A stretch of 64,000 bases of DNA from Octopus sinensis (taxonomy: Eukaryota): NCBI RefSeq assembly GCF_006345805.1, contig NC_043001.1, positions 40,362,001-40,426,000 on the forward strand. Direction: 5' to 3'. The notes beneath the pieces are model-generated. The model saw only the letters and a list, made by a program, of their open reading frames with translations, was not told where the DNA came from and did not search any database. Position numbers and translations under genes: made by a program. Shown here piece after piece: positions 10,916 through 25,539 of the stretch; the stretch's first letter is position 1, and every line of letters begins with the position of its first letter.

Positions 10916-12989
10916 AAGAATTATACACACACAAACACATGTAGAGATTTTATTTTAATAGTGCTGTTGTTGCAACAAAATATGGAATAGATCTTCAAAC
11001 AAATATAATTTAAGTTTTTTCTGGTCACTCTTTCACACATACATTTACATGTAGTGCCATTTATCGATTTATTGATCTCAGGGAATTACTATTATTATAA
11101 TAGGAACAATATTTAATAATTTCATATAATTCTTGTATCATGTGCCAATGCATCGTAATACAGACACACACACTTAGATATATATATACTCACATACAAA
11201 ATACCTAATATATATAAATGTGTGCAAAAACATAAATACACACACTCACATATATATTGTATGTGTGTATATACACACACAAATATAAAATACCTAATGG
11301 ATAAACGTGTGTGCAAAAACATAAAATACCTAAAAGATAAATATTGTGTGTGTGTGTGTGTTCTCATAATTTCATACTCAGTTTATCTCTGCAGGATGAG
11401 ATAAGTTCAGGCATAAATAATTAATTAATTAGGCTCTTTGGCGGAAGGCAGCCAAAAGATATTAAGTCTATTAACAATTCATTTTAATATTCGTCTATAT
11501 TTAATACATCTTTATAAAGACAACTATGTAATTGATTTGCATAATATATGCATATGCTCTTGCTTGTATTTCTTTGACCTTGTATTTTGACCTGTTTCGT
11601 AATCAGAAAGATCATTTACAGTTAAAACTTCTTCTGCAAAAGGCATCAATTAATTTTTTTTTTTCATTATTTTATTACAGTAATTTTATTCATATTACTT
11701 AAAATATCTTAGCACATGGAAGTTGCTGCCTACTATGTCAGTTGAATACATACTTGTTGGTTATCTATCATTAAGTGAAAGAAATTACTTGGGGGGAAAA
11801 AAAAGTGAAGAAAGAAATCTAAACTAAACATTATTAATTAAAAAACATGAGAGAACTGAAAAGAGGAAAATCAGTAGTCGTAGAGAAAGCTGCATTTTGC
11901 TCAGGCAACTAACTGACAAACAACCCACACATAACAGTATCAATGTCTACCATGCTAGCTACACAATTATAAACAAATGTGCAGATATAGCATTCAGTGA
12001 CAATATCAATCTGTTTAATTTCTTTCTCAATTTTTTAAAACATTTTACTACAAAAAAAAAAAAATGTTTTCGTTATAAATCAATCTACAACAAACAAGAA
12101 AAATATTTCTTTGTCATTTTTTCTATTCATAAATCTCTCGTTTGTTTTCTATTTTTTGAGTATGTTTACACAAAAACAGTTTCAGTCAAATCGTGGCCAC
12201 AGCTTAAATTTTTTTTTTATATTATTTTTTTACTAGATTCTTATAACATATCTATCCATCTCTACCTACTGTTTACATTACTCTATAATATATGTGAATG
12301 TGTCAGCTGAAATCTAGTTAGGTTGAGCTGAAAACTGAAAAACTAGCATGTTTGAGAAGAATAAAGCAAACCAAACAAAATATAAATTTCGCGTTTATCA
12401 TATATGAAGTGCTTGACAAAATTCAGCCTATGGTAGATTTTTTTTCCTTAACTTCTGCTAAAACAAAGAAATATAAAGACTTGATACACATATTAAACAA
12501 ACAATATGGCTATATAATTTACACTATAAATGCATGTATACTATGCACGAGTGCTTGGACGTGCATTTTGGTTGTTGCATTGGAAATGGAAAAAAAATCA
12601 AGCATTTGGTATCCCACTCCTCGGCAAAAATAACTAGGTAAGGACTGGGCTTTAAACTGTTTACTGCAGATAGCACAGGAGAAACAGCTATAGACTGGTC
12701 GAGATTGTTCATGTGTGTAAAGATAAGTGGAGGGCTTAAAAGGATATAGTTATTCTCTCCTCCTCTCTTTTTCTCCCTCAGTGTCTTTCATGTTCATTCT
12801 GCTTAATTTCCCAATCCTCCCATTGATAATTTGTTTTTACTTATAATCCCTCTTATTCTCTCATTTTTCAAATTCTTTCGGTTCGTGCCTTACAGGTTTT
12901 GAAAGAATTTTCATCCTGTCTCATCACTTTGCACAAATCTTTTCTTGTGTGTGTGTATAGTACAGAAAAACAAACCTTAATATAAGAAA

Positions 12990-14256
12990 TTTGAAAGAAA
13001 AAAAAAGGGGAGCATGAAAAAAAAAATGAGGAAATCATAAGTGAGGATAGAGTTATGGAACATAAATGCAAGAAAGAGAGATTTATTTGATGTGAACAGA
13101 GAAAGAATGAAATTAAGAATGACTGAAGGGTCAGAGGGAAGAAGGAAAAGAAAGGGAAAACTAAAAAGAGAGGGGCAGTGTAAGTGAAAAAAAAAATCAG
13201 TAGTTCGGAAAAGGAAAGAAAAAGAGAAAGTGCGAGTAGGGTAAAAGAAAAAGAAGAGAAAGCTATGTGAAAAGAGACAGCGTGTACGCATGTGAACTTA
13301 CACACAATTTATGTTAATAGATCTGTAAAAAGAATTATATTGTACCTAAGACAGAGGAAAGGGGAGAGAGACAGAGAGAAAGAACAGTTGTGGTGGCGAA
13401 ATAAGTGATAAGGAAGAGAAAGAGAGGCACAAGCAAAGATGGAAGGAGAAAGAAAGAATTAATGAAACTGAAAGACAGTGTCAGTAGATCTATGTAGTGA
13501 AGGGATGGGGGATATACTTTTGTGTGTGTGTTTTCTCCATTCAGTATGAATGTGGTGAAGGGAAGAGAGTTAACAGCCTGACAATGAAAGAATGCTAGTA
13601 GATATATGTATAGAGAAAGGTAGGAAATGAATAGGCTTCTAGGAGAAAAGAGAGGGCTGTTTTCAGTATACACACATGTGCATATATATATGCATTATCT
13701 CTATCTATCTATCTATCTATCTATCATCTATATAGATGTGTGTGTACGTTTGTGTATGCATGTGTATTTTACATAAAGAATGTGTCAGTAAATAATATAG
13801 CTAAAGAGAAAGCAAATAAAGTGACAAGCTTTTGCTACAAAAAAAGATTAAGTGAGGGCTTGTGTTTTCTGTAAATAAAGAGGGACACAAAATTTATATA
13901 AAGAATATGAGAGGAGATGAAAACTAAGTATATAACTAGGATGGGCACGAGTAAGATATATATAAAAATGGTATGAGTGTCTCAATAAAGTGGACAGGGA
14001 CGAGAAGGATATAAAAAGAGTTTGTAGATAAAGGGAATGTCTACATTGCATGGCTATGGAATGAATTTATACACACACACATACATACACAGAGAGAGAG
14101 CAGAGAGTATAGCAAAAATGACAAAGAAACACTATGATGAGAAGGATAGAAAAGTAGGAAGTGAAGAGGACATGAAGTAAGTAGTTGGTATATGAAGATA
14201 ACAGCAAAAGAGGACAGTTAGTGTGTTTGAAGGCGCACGTATATGAGTGTGTATGC

Positions 14257-14316
<60 letters not shown>

Positions 14317-14730
14317 ATTTTTAAAGAAAGGCAAGAGAGGAACATAAAGTCTTTAAAACAAAGAATGAATCACTAGATATATAATGGGAAGGACAGATAG
14401 GAGAGTTTGTCTATATAAAAGATAGCTGAGAGTGCATGAAAGCATGTGTATGTGTGTATGTGTATTATATAAACAAAAAGGATAGAGAGTCAGTAGTTAA
14501 GAGGACAGTGAGCCTGTTGGTTTGAAAACTATTGTGGATTATTAATTTGGTGTTGTATAGGTAAAAAGAAATAACAGTAAAATTAAAAGACAGAATAATT
14601 GGGTAAGGGAGATGGGAGAAGAGAAGAAAAGGGTAATTGGAGAAAAATCAGCAGAGAATAAAAGGGAGAGTTTATTAAATGAGAAAGGATATGAATAAGG
14701 AGAGGGTTTAGAAAATAGGTTAGTGGACAG
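12990..14730. repeat. Extended purine-rich (GA) low-complexity region with embedded microsatellites
   Basis: Strong A/G strand bias seen directly; gives F/L/S-rich spurious minus-strand ORFs. Confidence 0.7.
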
Positions 14731-16949
14731 AATTATGCACATGAAATTCCACAGTGAAATTCCCCAGTGTAGAAATGAGTAATGTTTTGTTGATCATTGA
14801 CAGAAGTTGAGATGACTTGGATCATGTTCTGCATTAAATTCTATGGTCAAGTCACAGGCTTACTTTCCCTTTCTTTGACATCATTGCCACCAACCAAACT
14901 TTAGCTTCTATTACATAACTCTGTCTTCATAGCTAATGCACCCACATCTACCATTTCAGATATTTGTGTTTCATTACTACCACCTCTGTCATCTTTGCTT
15001 TAGCATTACTCTTACTCAGTTCTTACAATCATTTCTCTTCTCCATTCTGACACTCAGACTCACTTCCTCACATTTGCTGATGACTCACTCATTTTTAACT
15101 TCAGAGACAAGCACAGATAACAGCAGTAGAGAACTTCATTTATTTTTGCTTTCTTTTCACTTCTCTCTTTTACATTTTTATTTTATTTTCTTTCTGCATT
15201 TTTTTCCAGTCTTTCACTCCCAATCACCCAGTTCAAAGTATCTGCTGTCTTTCCTTTCTTTTTCTCTACTCAAATAGTTTCTCTCATCAACCTCTTTTGA
15301 TATTCAATAAAATAATGAACTCAGTTGTTGAAGGCAACAGAGTATTTTTACACCCATTTATATCAGGGTCAAGGTAATCGAATAAGTTGTTTTTTTTTTT
15401 AAAGTTGTAACTAAATTATACAATACATATCTGACAATAGATATTTTTATTTATTTTAAGAAGTATAAGCTCTTAGCCACAAAGGCTTTACAGAGCTCAC
15501 ATTCACAGCAGTAATAAATCTAAATGTTAGCTGTACTTTGTTGCCTAACATAATTATTTTCACTTACTATACCAGGAAGTTAGTATATTTTGGGACAGAT
15601 TTTTAAGAATGTTTGGTAAAGAAACCTAAAAAAATATTTTTCAAGAGTTCGTAACTGAATTAGATTAAGATCATTTTATTTTTAATATTGTCACTTTGAT
15701 TTCTATCCTAAATATTTAAGCTTTAAACCTTCTTAATTGATCAGGGAATTTCATTATTGCTGAAAATAGAACAAGAAGGGAACAAATGGTTTAAAAATAT
15801 ACTTTAAAGCTTGGTTTAAGCCAGAGAATCTTGATCTCCAGAAATTGCATCATGATTCACATATTATTCACAGGTTTTAATAAATACAAATTTATAGGCA
15901 TGAATAAGTGGTTATGAAGGTCAGCTTGCAACCAATAATTCTGGATACAACCCCACTACACAGCATCAAAGGTGTCTTCCAGACTGACCTATAAAAATGG
16001 GAGTTGAATTTGATAGACACAAACTGTGCAGAAAGCCTTTTGTATGTATAACTAACAACCTTATTCAATACTAAATTTTAAAATTATACATTGAATATAA
16101 CAAAATCAAAGTTTCTTTAATCAGAATTCATTCCATTCAGATATCTTATTAGAAACAAGAACCAGCATTGTTTGTAAACTTTGGGTTTCTTTTTAACCCT
16201 TTACCATTCCAAAGCATTTTCATAACTCTGTCCTAAACATCCACATTGGTTTCAGACTTTCAGCTAGCCCTTGTTTTCAGCAATATAATGCTTTCTTTAC
16301 TCAGGTGATACACAAGACAGGCAAAAGTTAAATTCAATAATTTGTGGCATTAAAGATAAATAGAATAATGAATATTATTCTTAATACAGAATTTTTCTTT
16401 AGTAATATTTTAAACACTAGTTTTTAGATATTTTTACATGAGAAAAAGTCGACTAACTGCAGTAACTAATACATTTTGACATAAATTACTAATAAGTTGG
16501 ATATGTATGCAAATTTTGGTCTAACAATATATTAGACGAAGTTTCAAACTTGATTTGAAACTGTGACCACTTAGTAATGCAGCTTCATAATTCAGTTAAA
16601 GCTTTGCCTACAAAGCTCATCTCGTACCATATTAAAAAGATAGCATGGCAAGTCATGGCTCCCAGAAGTAAAAACTGTCCAACCCATGTCAGCATGGAAA
16701 ACGGACGTTAAATGATGATGGTGAATTCAGAGATATAGAGAAGAACCCAGTACTTTGCAGATCCCAAAAAGGATAAAAGGAAAAGTTAACCTTGATAGGA
16801 TTTGAATGTGGAGCTGGAACAAAAACTGCAAGCCTGTTTCTGCCTATGCACTGCTAGAATGAAACTTAAAACAATATTCAAGATTTTGTTGAATGAACCT
16901 TTACATGTTCATTTTATCTACAGTCAAATATCCCCCAAATCATACTCTA

Positions 16950-17240
16950 TCATCATTATACAATGTCTATTGTCCATGCTGGCATGGGTTGGACAGTTTG
17001 ACTGGGTTGGCACACTGAAAGGCTTGGCAATGGTTATCTATGGCTGGATGCTCTTTTTTAATACTAACCACTCCAAGGGAGTAATGGGTGCTTTTACATG
17101 CCACCAGCACGGATGCCATTTGCATGACACCAGTATCTGCCACAACTGTGATTTTGCTTGGTTTAATGGGTCTTCTCAAGCATGACATAATGCCAAAGGT
17201 CTTGGTTATTGCCTCCATGAGGCCCAACACTCGAAAAGGA
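16950..17240 (-). mobile_element. RTE-LINE 3' UTR-type repeat fragment
   Basis: CATCAT...CCATGCTGGCATGGGTTGGAC...GGCTGGATGC matches the reverse of the tail at 2900-3070. Confidence 0.7.
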
Positions 17241-17293
17241 ACTCAGCCACTTTGCCTCTATCATTTTAAGTAATAAAAGTACACATTTTAAAA

Positions 17294-18415
17294 TCATCAT
17301 TTAATGTCTGCTTTCCATGCTAGCATGGGTTGGACAATTTGACAGAGGACTGGTGAACCAGATGGCTGCACCAGGCTCCAATCTGATCTGGCAGAGTTTC
17401 TACAGCTGGATGCCCTTCCTAAACCCAACCACTCGAAGAGTGTAGTGGGTACTTTTACATGCCACTGGCATGAGGGCCAGTCTGGCGGTACTGGCAACGG
17501 CCACGCTCAAATGGTGTTTTTTACTTGCCACCTGCACAGGAGTCAGTCCAGCAGCACTGGTAACAAACTCGCTCAAATGTTTTGATCACGTGCCAGTAAG
17601 GTGATGCTGGTAACAATCACGCTCAAATGGCGCTTTTTTACGTGCCACCGACACAAGAAGCCAGACAGATGGAGCTGTTAGCGCTCCACTGGAATGGGTG
17701 CCAGTCATCGAATTTGGTTCAATTTCGATTTCACTTGACCCAACAGGTCTTCGCAAGCAGAGTTTAGTGTCCAATTAAAGAAGGTTGGCATGTGTGCCAG
17801 TTGTCGAATTTGGTTCGATTTCGATTTCACTTGCCTCAACAGGTCTTCGCAAGCAGAGTTTTGTGTTCAAAGGAAAGGTATGCATAAGTGGGTTATGGTC
17901 TCACTTGTCTTGCCGAGTCTTCTCACGCACAGCATATTTCTAAAGGTCTCGGTCACTAGTCATTGCCTCAGTGAGGCCTAATGTTCGAAGGTCACGCTTC
18001 ACTACCTCATCCCAGGTCTTCCTGGGTCTACCTCTTCCACAGGTTCCCTCAACTGCTAGGGTGTGGACCTTTTTCACACAGCTATCCTCATCCTTTCTTA
18101 CCACGACCATACAAGCGCAATCTTCTCTCTTGCACACAACTGATGCATCTTAGGTTCAACTTTTCTCTCAAGGTACTTACACTCTGTTGAGTATGCAGAC
18201 ATTACACATCCATCGGAGCATACTGGCTTCATTCCTTGCGAGCTTACGCATGTCCTCAGCAGTCACGGCCCATGTTTCACTGCCATGTAGCATGGCTGTT
18301 TGTACACATGCATCATACAGTCTGCCTTTTACTCTGAGCAAGAGGCCCTTTGTCACCAGCAGAGGTAAGAGCTCTCTGAACTTTGCCCAGGCTATTCTTA
18401 TTCTAGCAGCTACGT
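17294..18415 (-). mobile_element. 5'-truncated RTE-clade LINE (ORF C-terminus plus 3' UTR with internal tandem duplications)
   Basis: Minus-strand translation EGTCGRGRPRKTWDEVVKRDLRTLGLTEAMTSDRDL and upstream LHGSETWAV; a ~95-bp duplicated unit at ~17698-17790 / 17794-17880. Confidence 0.9.
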
Positions 18416-21400
18416 AGTTCTAAATGGCTAGAACAGCTCAGATCATATATCTACTCAATCAGAAATAAATAAATGGGTTTCTGCAAGTTCACATATTTGA
18501 TTGAGAGTATAGAAATTAATAACATAAATACTTAAAGTTTGGTGATGATGTAGTGTTTTCTTTTGTTTTAAATCAGTATAAAAGATAAGTAACATTTACA
18601 AATCAAGAATTTTTTTGCAACTCTTTTTCACAGTCCATGCTACATGTCCTCAATTTTTAAGGTATTGCTTTTAAAACAACTCCCATAAATTAAACAGATT
18701 ATATCAATAAACTACTAGAACCATGAAACTTGTGTATATATATATATATATCCTGAAAGCATAAATATTGTTGAATGCTAATCATAATATTCGGGCCATG
18801 ATAAAAAGGAAATGAAAAAGCCAATAAACACTGAGAGAGAAAATATGCATATAAGGAACAAAAAAGTAGGGGAGGAGTGTTAGAGAGATAGTATCTATGC
18901 CAGTTCATTTCAATTAAGAAAACTGTGAAATAAAAATCAATGGTCTATGATATTTGAAACAAAAATATGGAATGTGCAATTTGATATAACTGACTAGGAT
19001 AATTCAGAGTAAAGACCATTAGTAAGAGATGATTGATTAGAAATAATCTGATGAGCTCCTTCCCCCCACCCCCTTCAAAAATATTTGTTTTTCCAAATGT
19101 TTCAAAACAAATTTGAGAGATCATTTATATCACTTGTGTCAGCAAATTGTGTTTTGACTTCTAACGATCTTAGGATATCCAGTCTCTACTTCTGCCTATT
19201 TCTACATACATGTGGAGTCAATTCAGAGATGTCATCCCACTTGCTTCCTTCACATCAGTCCCCCTAAGCATAGTCATACACATTCATTTGAACAATTTTT
19301 TTAATGCCATTCCCCATAACGTAACAAAAAGAACTTTTATAATTCTTGTTTCTGACAATCAATGGTTCTAAAGTACCTTTAGGTTTCACTCAATGCAGCA
19401 GCTATGCTTTTGTTCATATTCTCAATATTCTTTTCTGGCTCCATATTTTGAATGTATTTCCTCTCTTGTTTATTAAATGCTCAGCTCCTCATTCATCTGC
19501 ATCACTGATTTTAACTCATCCATAGCTTCCACTGTCTGGTCCCTAATCATAAATTCTTTCAAGTTTGAAATTCGGTTAACTTCACGTCTTTTGATTAGTT
19601 TCTTCATTTAGCATTTCCGACATTTCTTTTTCCAAACACTCTCCACTTTCTGCCATCTAGAATGTGTTGTCCATATGTCTTAAATTATTAACTGCCTGTT
19701 ATACTTGATTCATTCCATTTCACCAAATCCTATTTTTATCCCATTTTTCACTGTACATGTAACAAGAGGAAGTATACAACCGTAACAACTTCGATTGTAA
19801 ACTATTCAGTATCCCCAAATTTAATGCTTGCTGTAATTTCTTTAAGTTTCATATCCATAGCATCTGATGATTTACAAAAATCAAAATATTGCCTGAATGT
19901 TTATGGCTGAATATGAAATCCAAGATGAATACAAAATGAATAGGAGAAAATATAATTAAAAGCAGTGGTCCCCAACCATTCTGTAACATGGACTGATTTC
20001 ATACAAGCCAAGTTTTTCTATGGACTGGGGATTACACACATCACGAAAGAAGGAAGCACACAACATTTAAATTATGTACAACAAAGTGCAAATGTATTGA
20101 GAGAAAAGTTGGGCATAAGAGGAATCAAATGTAATATGCAAGAGAGGACTACATTGGTCTGAACATGTGACGCATGAGGACAGCTGTAAAAAATGCTGAT
20201 CACTGAAACTGGATGGTATCCATGGAAGAGGGGGATGTGGTAAGGACCAATCTCAGGATGGAGGAAATGACAATGGACTGAGATGTCTGGCAATATGAGG
20301 TCCTTGAGAGAACTTCTACACTCTACCAAAACAAAACAAACCACATTTCTTCACTGCTTTGCATTTCCACTTCATGCACTGTGCTTATCTCCCACTCCTC
20401 AATCGTCCTCTTGGCCTTATCCCACTATCATTGCTCTCTGCAAGCCCCTGCTGACCTGTGCTCCACCCACACATAACAAAACTTTTCACACACTGACATT
20501 CAAACCTCAAGTGTATTCCCTGACACTTGCCACCATCTATACCTCTCTCGTTCTTTTACTCAACCATCCCATTTATATTCTGATCCATCTTTTTTGGGGT
20601 ATGCCTGGCACTTTGCCACCATCTCTATCCTGTTGTCTCCCACTCTCCCTTTTACTGAGGATGGGGTAACCATGTATTTCATTTGCAGCAGTGCACCTGT
20701 TGTCTTCATTCTCTCTTTACTTGGCTGGGTAACCTAGTACCTCCTCTACAGCATGACAACCTTTCATCATCTGTTTAAGATCACCCCCTCCCCTCTCAAA
20801 GAGATCTTTTTGTCTTGCAAGTACTTGATGCTGTCACTTAAAAGCACCCAGTCCACATTGTAAAGTAGTTGGAAGGGCATCCAGCTGTAAAAACCTTGTG
20901 CCACAAAAAACACAGTCCACCCTGCCAAGTGGTTGGTGTTAGGAAGGCTATGCAACTGTAAAAATCCTGCCAAAGCAATCATAAGTCTGGTGCAGGCTCC
21001 TGCATGTTCAGCTCCTCTCGCTGTCCTACTCATGCCAGCATGGAAGGCAGATGTTAAGCCACGATGACAATGATATTGCAAATATACATACTTTATTTCT
21101 AGTATTAACATATATATATATTCATAATACAATAACTTAAAATTTAGAAATTTATTCTTTCTGTACAAGCTGACACCAATTCATCCAGTCTAGTGGTTGA
21201 GGATCCCTGATCAAAAAGCACATCAGCCTCATCATCCTATTTGTTCAGTTGGTTTGAACTGGTCCTTACCATTTTTGCAATACAATAAAGAGAAAATCAA
21301 GCATGAAGAATTACAAATTTAAAATGACTCAAAACCTATAGCATTCAGAGTATTCTAACTAATATGCCTATTTGTCCACATTTTTAACTTATCCTGCTTT

Positions 21401-22692
21401 ACCTTGTCACTTTGAGATTTCAGTTGTATGACTGTTATTTAGACTAACATTGTAGAGTAAGGTAGCAAAAATATATTTCAAAAGGGTAATTCTTATAGTG
21501 ATATAGCTATTAACATTGAATATAAAATATACCTCAATGAAATTGCTTAGTCATGAGCTCATAAAAACTTATTAGCATTAAGCAAATCTCTTCTAATACA
21601 GGATACCACTATATTACAGGTAACATTTCCATCTGTTATGCAAGTTAGAGAATGTGCAAGAATTTAACTCCGACCATTTCAAATACACATTCAGCCCAAA
21701 CTGGTAAACCGCACCAGGCTCCTTGCCTTGGTTCCTACAGTGGGATGCCCTTTATGCCAACTGCTCCATAGTGTACTGGATGTCTTTCACATGTCACTGG
21801 CAGATATATCCTCTCATATATGAAATTTATTGCACATTCCTTTCATGAAAATATAGTATTAATCAAACTCCCTGTTTCGGGGACACTGTTGTAATTGGAT
21901 CATGCATAGTTTCAACACTATTTCAAAACTACACCAGCACCAAATACAGTTTACAAATGTATCATGAGTCATAGAACGTCCAGATATAACACCAGAGTGC
22001 TTTCAATGCACTAAAATAGTCCCTGTATCCCTTTGCATAGAAAGTGCAATGTATACTCCGTATAATAAAATGTATTAAGAATGAGTTTTTATAGGCCCAG
22101 AAAAGGAAGTGTGACAATAGACTACTAGTGATGCTGCTTCTTTTATAAAAAAAAAGAGAAACTGAATGAGTGACACTATGACTAATAGGGAAAAACCAGG
22201 TAATGTGACCAACAAAACTGATTTTTAATTACCCACTAAGGGGCGAATACACACATGCTGGGACAATTAACATATGTAAGGATGGAAAAAATACCCTTTA
22301 CAAATGAAGGTGGAACAGCCCCGTTCCAGGATGGTTGTTATTCCAATCATAATGTTACCACCAAAAACTAATTGGTCTTACTGTATATTCATTTTAATGT
22401 TATATACTAAACGTATATATTGCAAAAAAAAAAAAAAAACTGGGTTGGTCTATTGTTGATATGGGTAATCCACATCAAATACTAACTTTATATTTCTTGA
22501 GACAAGCTACAAAACATTGGAAAATCACATCGGTAATGAAAATAGCCACGAATAAGAAAATCCAATTAAAACACATTTAATTCATAGTTTAGAAATATGT
22601 GTAGCTTATTTACAAATGCAAACAATTCAATGTCAGCAATGTAAACCTGCCAATGAACAATGGATTTATACACCAGTCATGTCTTCCATATG

Positions 22693-22752
22693 ATTTTGAT
22701 TTTGATTTATCCAGTTTCAGCTTATGAGCTGTGGCCATGCTGGGGCACCGCC
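22693..22752 (-). mobile_element. Extremely 5'-truncated CR1/L2-group LINE 3' tail with (ATCAAA)n end
   Basis: Reverse reads GGCGGTGCCCCAGCATGGCCACAGCTCATAAGCTGAAAC, matching the LINE tail at 7047-7086. Confidence 0.7.
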
Positions 22753-25423
22753 ATATCTGCACATCTGTTTCACCCTGCTATGAAAATTCATTTGTATAAG
22801 TAAATAAAGCAAGAATTTATAAAAACTCTTTTGCAACAATGAAACAGGACCTCTACCTAATTTTAGAGGCAATTGGTCAATGTTTTATTTAAGAACCACC
22901 TAATACAATGCCTGTAGCAAGTTTTAGACTTTTAATCAGCAGGCAGCCACCAATTCGAAATGACCTCAATTAAGAATTGGTGCACAAACAGAAGGCTTAT
23001 TGATATTAGCAATAAGTAGATTAAATGTAAGCAAAGAAGTGAGAATGTATATAATCCCTACTGATTCAGGTAAGAGAAAAACTAGAACATAAAAACTGAA
23101 GAATAAGGTGTACGAAAAACAATAATCCTCCAATGTAAGTCACTGTTCAGCTAGTAATGTACATGATCTTTACTTTGATCTGCAACATTTGTATCATTAA
23201 GTGCTACATCTTCCCAGATAACTATCAACATAACAGGTCTGAAAAGTGATGCAGTACTAATGAACAAACAGGCACTTTTAATAGGTGTACGCAACTGTGT
23301 GGAACATAGCACATATAGGTATACTTCCCTATATTGCATGTTATTCTACACTGAATTTATATGTCCAAAAAAAATCCCTGTAGTTTGTGTATTCGAAATG
23401 AAACATCCCCAGAAAACTTCAACTATATTCACTGCATGCAAGCTCTACCTGCAGAGACTTTCTTGTTCCCTTACCGGTTTATGAAAAAAGGCGTCTTAAA
23501 ACATGTAAATGAACACTGCACCTTATTTCATCACCCACCTCCACCTGTTATTGCAATTTTATCTGAAAAATGTACAAGCCTCTCCCGTTTCTGGCCTATA
23601 TAAAGAGCAGTTATCTAAAAAAAATGCACTCAGTGATGCAAGAAAATGCTCCACCCAATAATTTATGAAGTAGTTTGCAATAGGAAGGGCATCTAGCCAA
23701 ACACACATGAGCACCACTACCCAACATAAATGCAGACCATTGAAGAAGGCACAACATTAATCACAAAACAAATGCAACCTGCTAAAATACCCTAATCCAT
23801 TGGCAGTCTTGCCTTTATGATTAAATGCAAAATACCTTCCCACCTGTGCTGATTACTGACTTAAGCAGAATGTACCATCTGTTGCTGAGGACAGGAACCA
23901 ATATGACACATCGAGTTACCGATAAACCAACGACATATAAAAAACAACATAATGCTCTTGTCAGGGTACCCTTGCAGCAATTCCTAGTTTTACCTGATAT
24001 GGTAGTTGGCGTACCCATCTTATACATGGAATTGTACCTAAAGTGTATACCAAGCATACCTCTAGATATTCCTAAAGCTGATATACCGCTGGTTCCCTGA
24101 AGAAAATGCAGCCCCAAAAATATTGCAACTTACCAAGTTGCACACTTAAGCATCAACGAATTTAACAGTGTAGATGACACCACACTGGCAACTGATGACT
24201 GCCTTTTGAACTTGGATCTGCACACACATCAGTAAATCTAGACCAGCCAGTCAGACAAACTACCTTCATGGGCACACATGACAGCTCCAGAAAAATACAA
24301 GTGCTTCTGCAATTCATGAACCCATGCAATGTTTGCTTCAAACCACATATTAACAAAGCAATTTAGCTGAAAGAAAAAACAGAATTAAAAAAAAAAAGCC
24401 ACAACAGTAACATGAAGAACAAGACATTTGTGGTACACATGAAACCATTTATTCACCATCAGGAAGTATGAAGGAGGATTTATTTTTTGTAAGTTCCTTG
24501 CCACATACACAAGCCATTCAATCTATTTAAAACTTTGTATACAGTCCTCAGTGGCAAGACCAACAAGGGGCTCTCCTCATACAGAAGGCTGGGAAGGGGG
24601 GGACAAAACATAGAAATCAGGATTCCCATCACTCATGACGTTTTCAATACTATGCTAAAAAAAAGTTTTTTTATGTTTCTTTAAAGTAACCAATAAAGAA
24701 AAACATCTCGTCTAAACACTTGCAATTAAAAAATATATGACCCTCAAACCACTGTAAAGGGTTAAGAGAAACTTTAAAGTAACACCTGTAAAATACAGAT
24801 GTAAAAGGGGTCAAGTGAATTGGCAATGGGTCACCAACTTTAGGTAGCACAACGTGTTGTGCGATTGAAATTAGTCAAAGGGATACTACCCTATCCCTAG
24901 CAAAACCTACAAGGTATTTATTTACTTATAGGGTGGATGACAAAAACAAAAGAAAAACAAGTGATGATATTGTATTCTGTAAACAATGAAAAGGTAGCAA
25001 AAAGCTATGTTATCTGTGATGAAAGTTATGAGGAAATTTTTAAAAGTTAAGAAAGCACTGGCAGGCAAGTCCCCCCTCCCATTTTTCCATTTGCCGTCTC
25101 GTTGGCTGGCAGGCATGGTTGGAGAAGGAGGAATAGGGTAAAAGAAGCCAACTAATAATGCAGTCTACATGGAAAAATATAGTAAATGTTATTGGTTTCA
25201 CAACTAGCTACTATACTTAAGTATTGAAAACATCTTGTCAAGACGTTAAGGACAAGGATGGAAGGAAGAAAAAAAAAAACAATTAACAACTTATAATTTA
25301 TTGAGAACTCAAAAAAGATGATAGCAAATGATATGATCATTTATACATCTTAATGAAATGCCAACTAAATTAGCCAGAAATGTGCTAAACAGTACACTCT
25401 GTTCATAAGAGATTTTGCCAGAA

Positions 25424-25539
25424 TCATGACTCTGGTGCTACAGCTTCCTTCTCTTCAGTTTCTGTTTTTGATTTCTTAGATGGGCTGACATCGTCCCTTA
25501 TGAAGTCATCTGGGGCTCTTTTGCGCGGGCTGATCACAT
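25424..25539 (-). CDS. Acidic disordered nuclear protein (prothymosin/parathymosin- and Df31-like), last coding exon
   Basis: Acceptor ttcctcttcag; phase-1 join gives DVISPRKRAPDDFIRDDVSPSKKSKTETEEKEAVAPES* with bipartite NLS (RKR...KKSK); TGA at 25426-25424. Confidence 0.85.

Noticed and set aside
23821-24117. Overlapping 91-98 aa ORFs on both strands
   Set aside because: No recognisable domain or supporting splice structure; they lie in the presumed 3' UTR.
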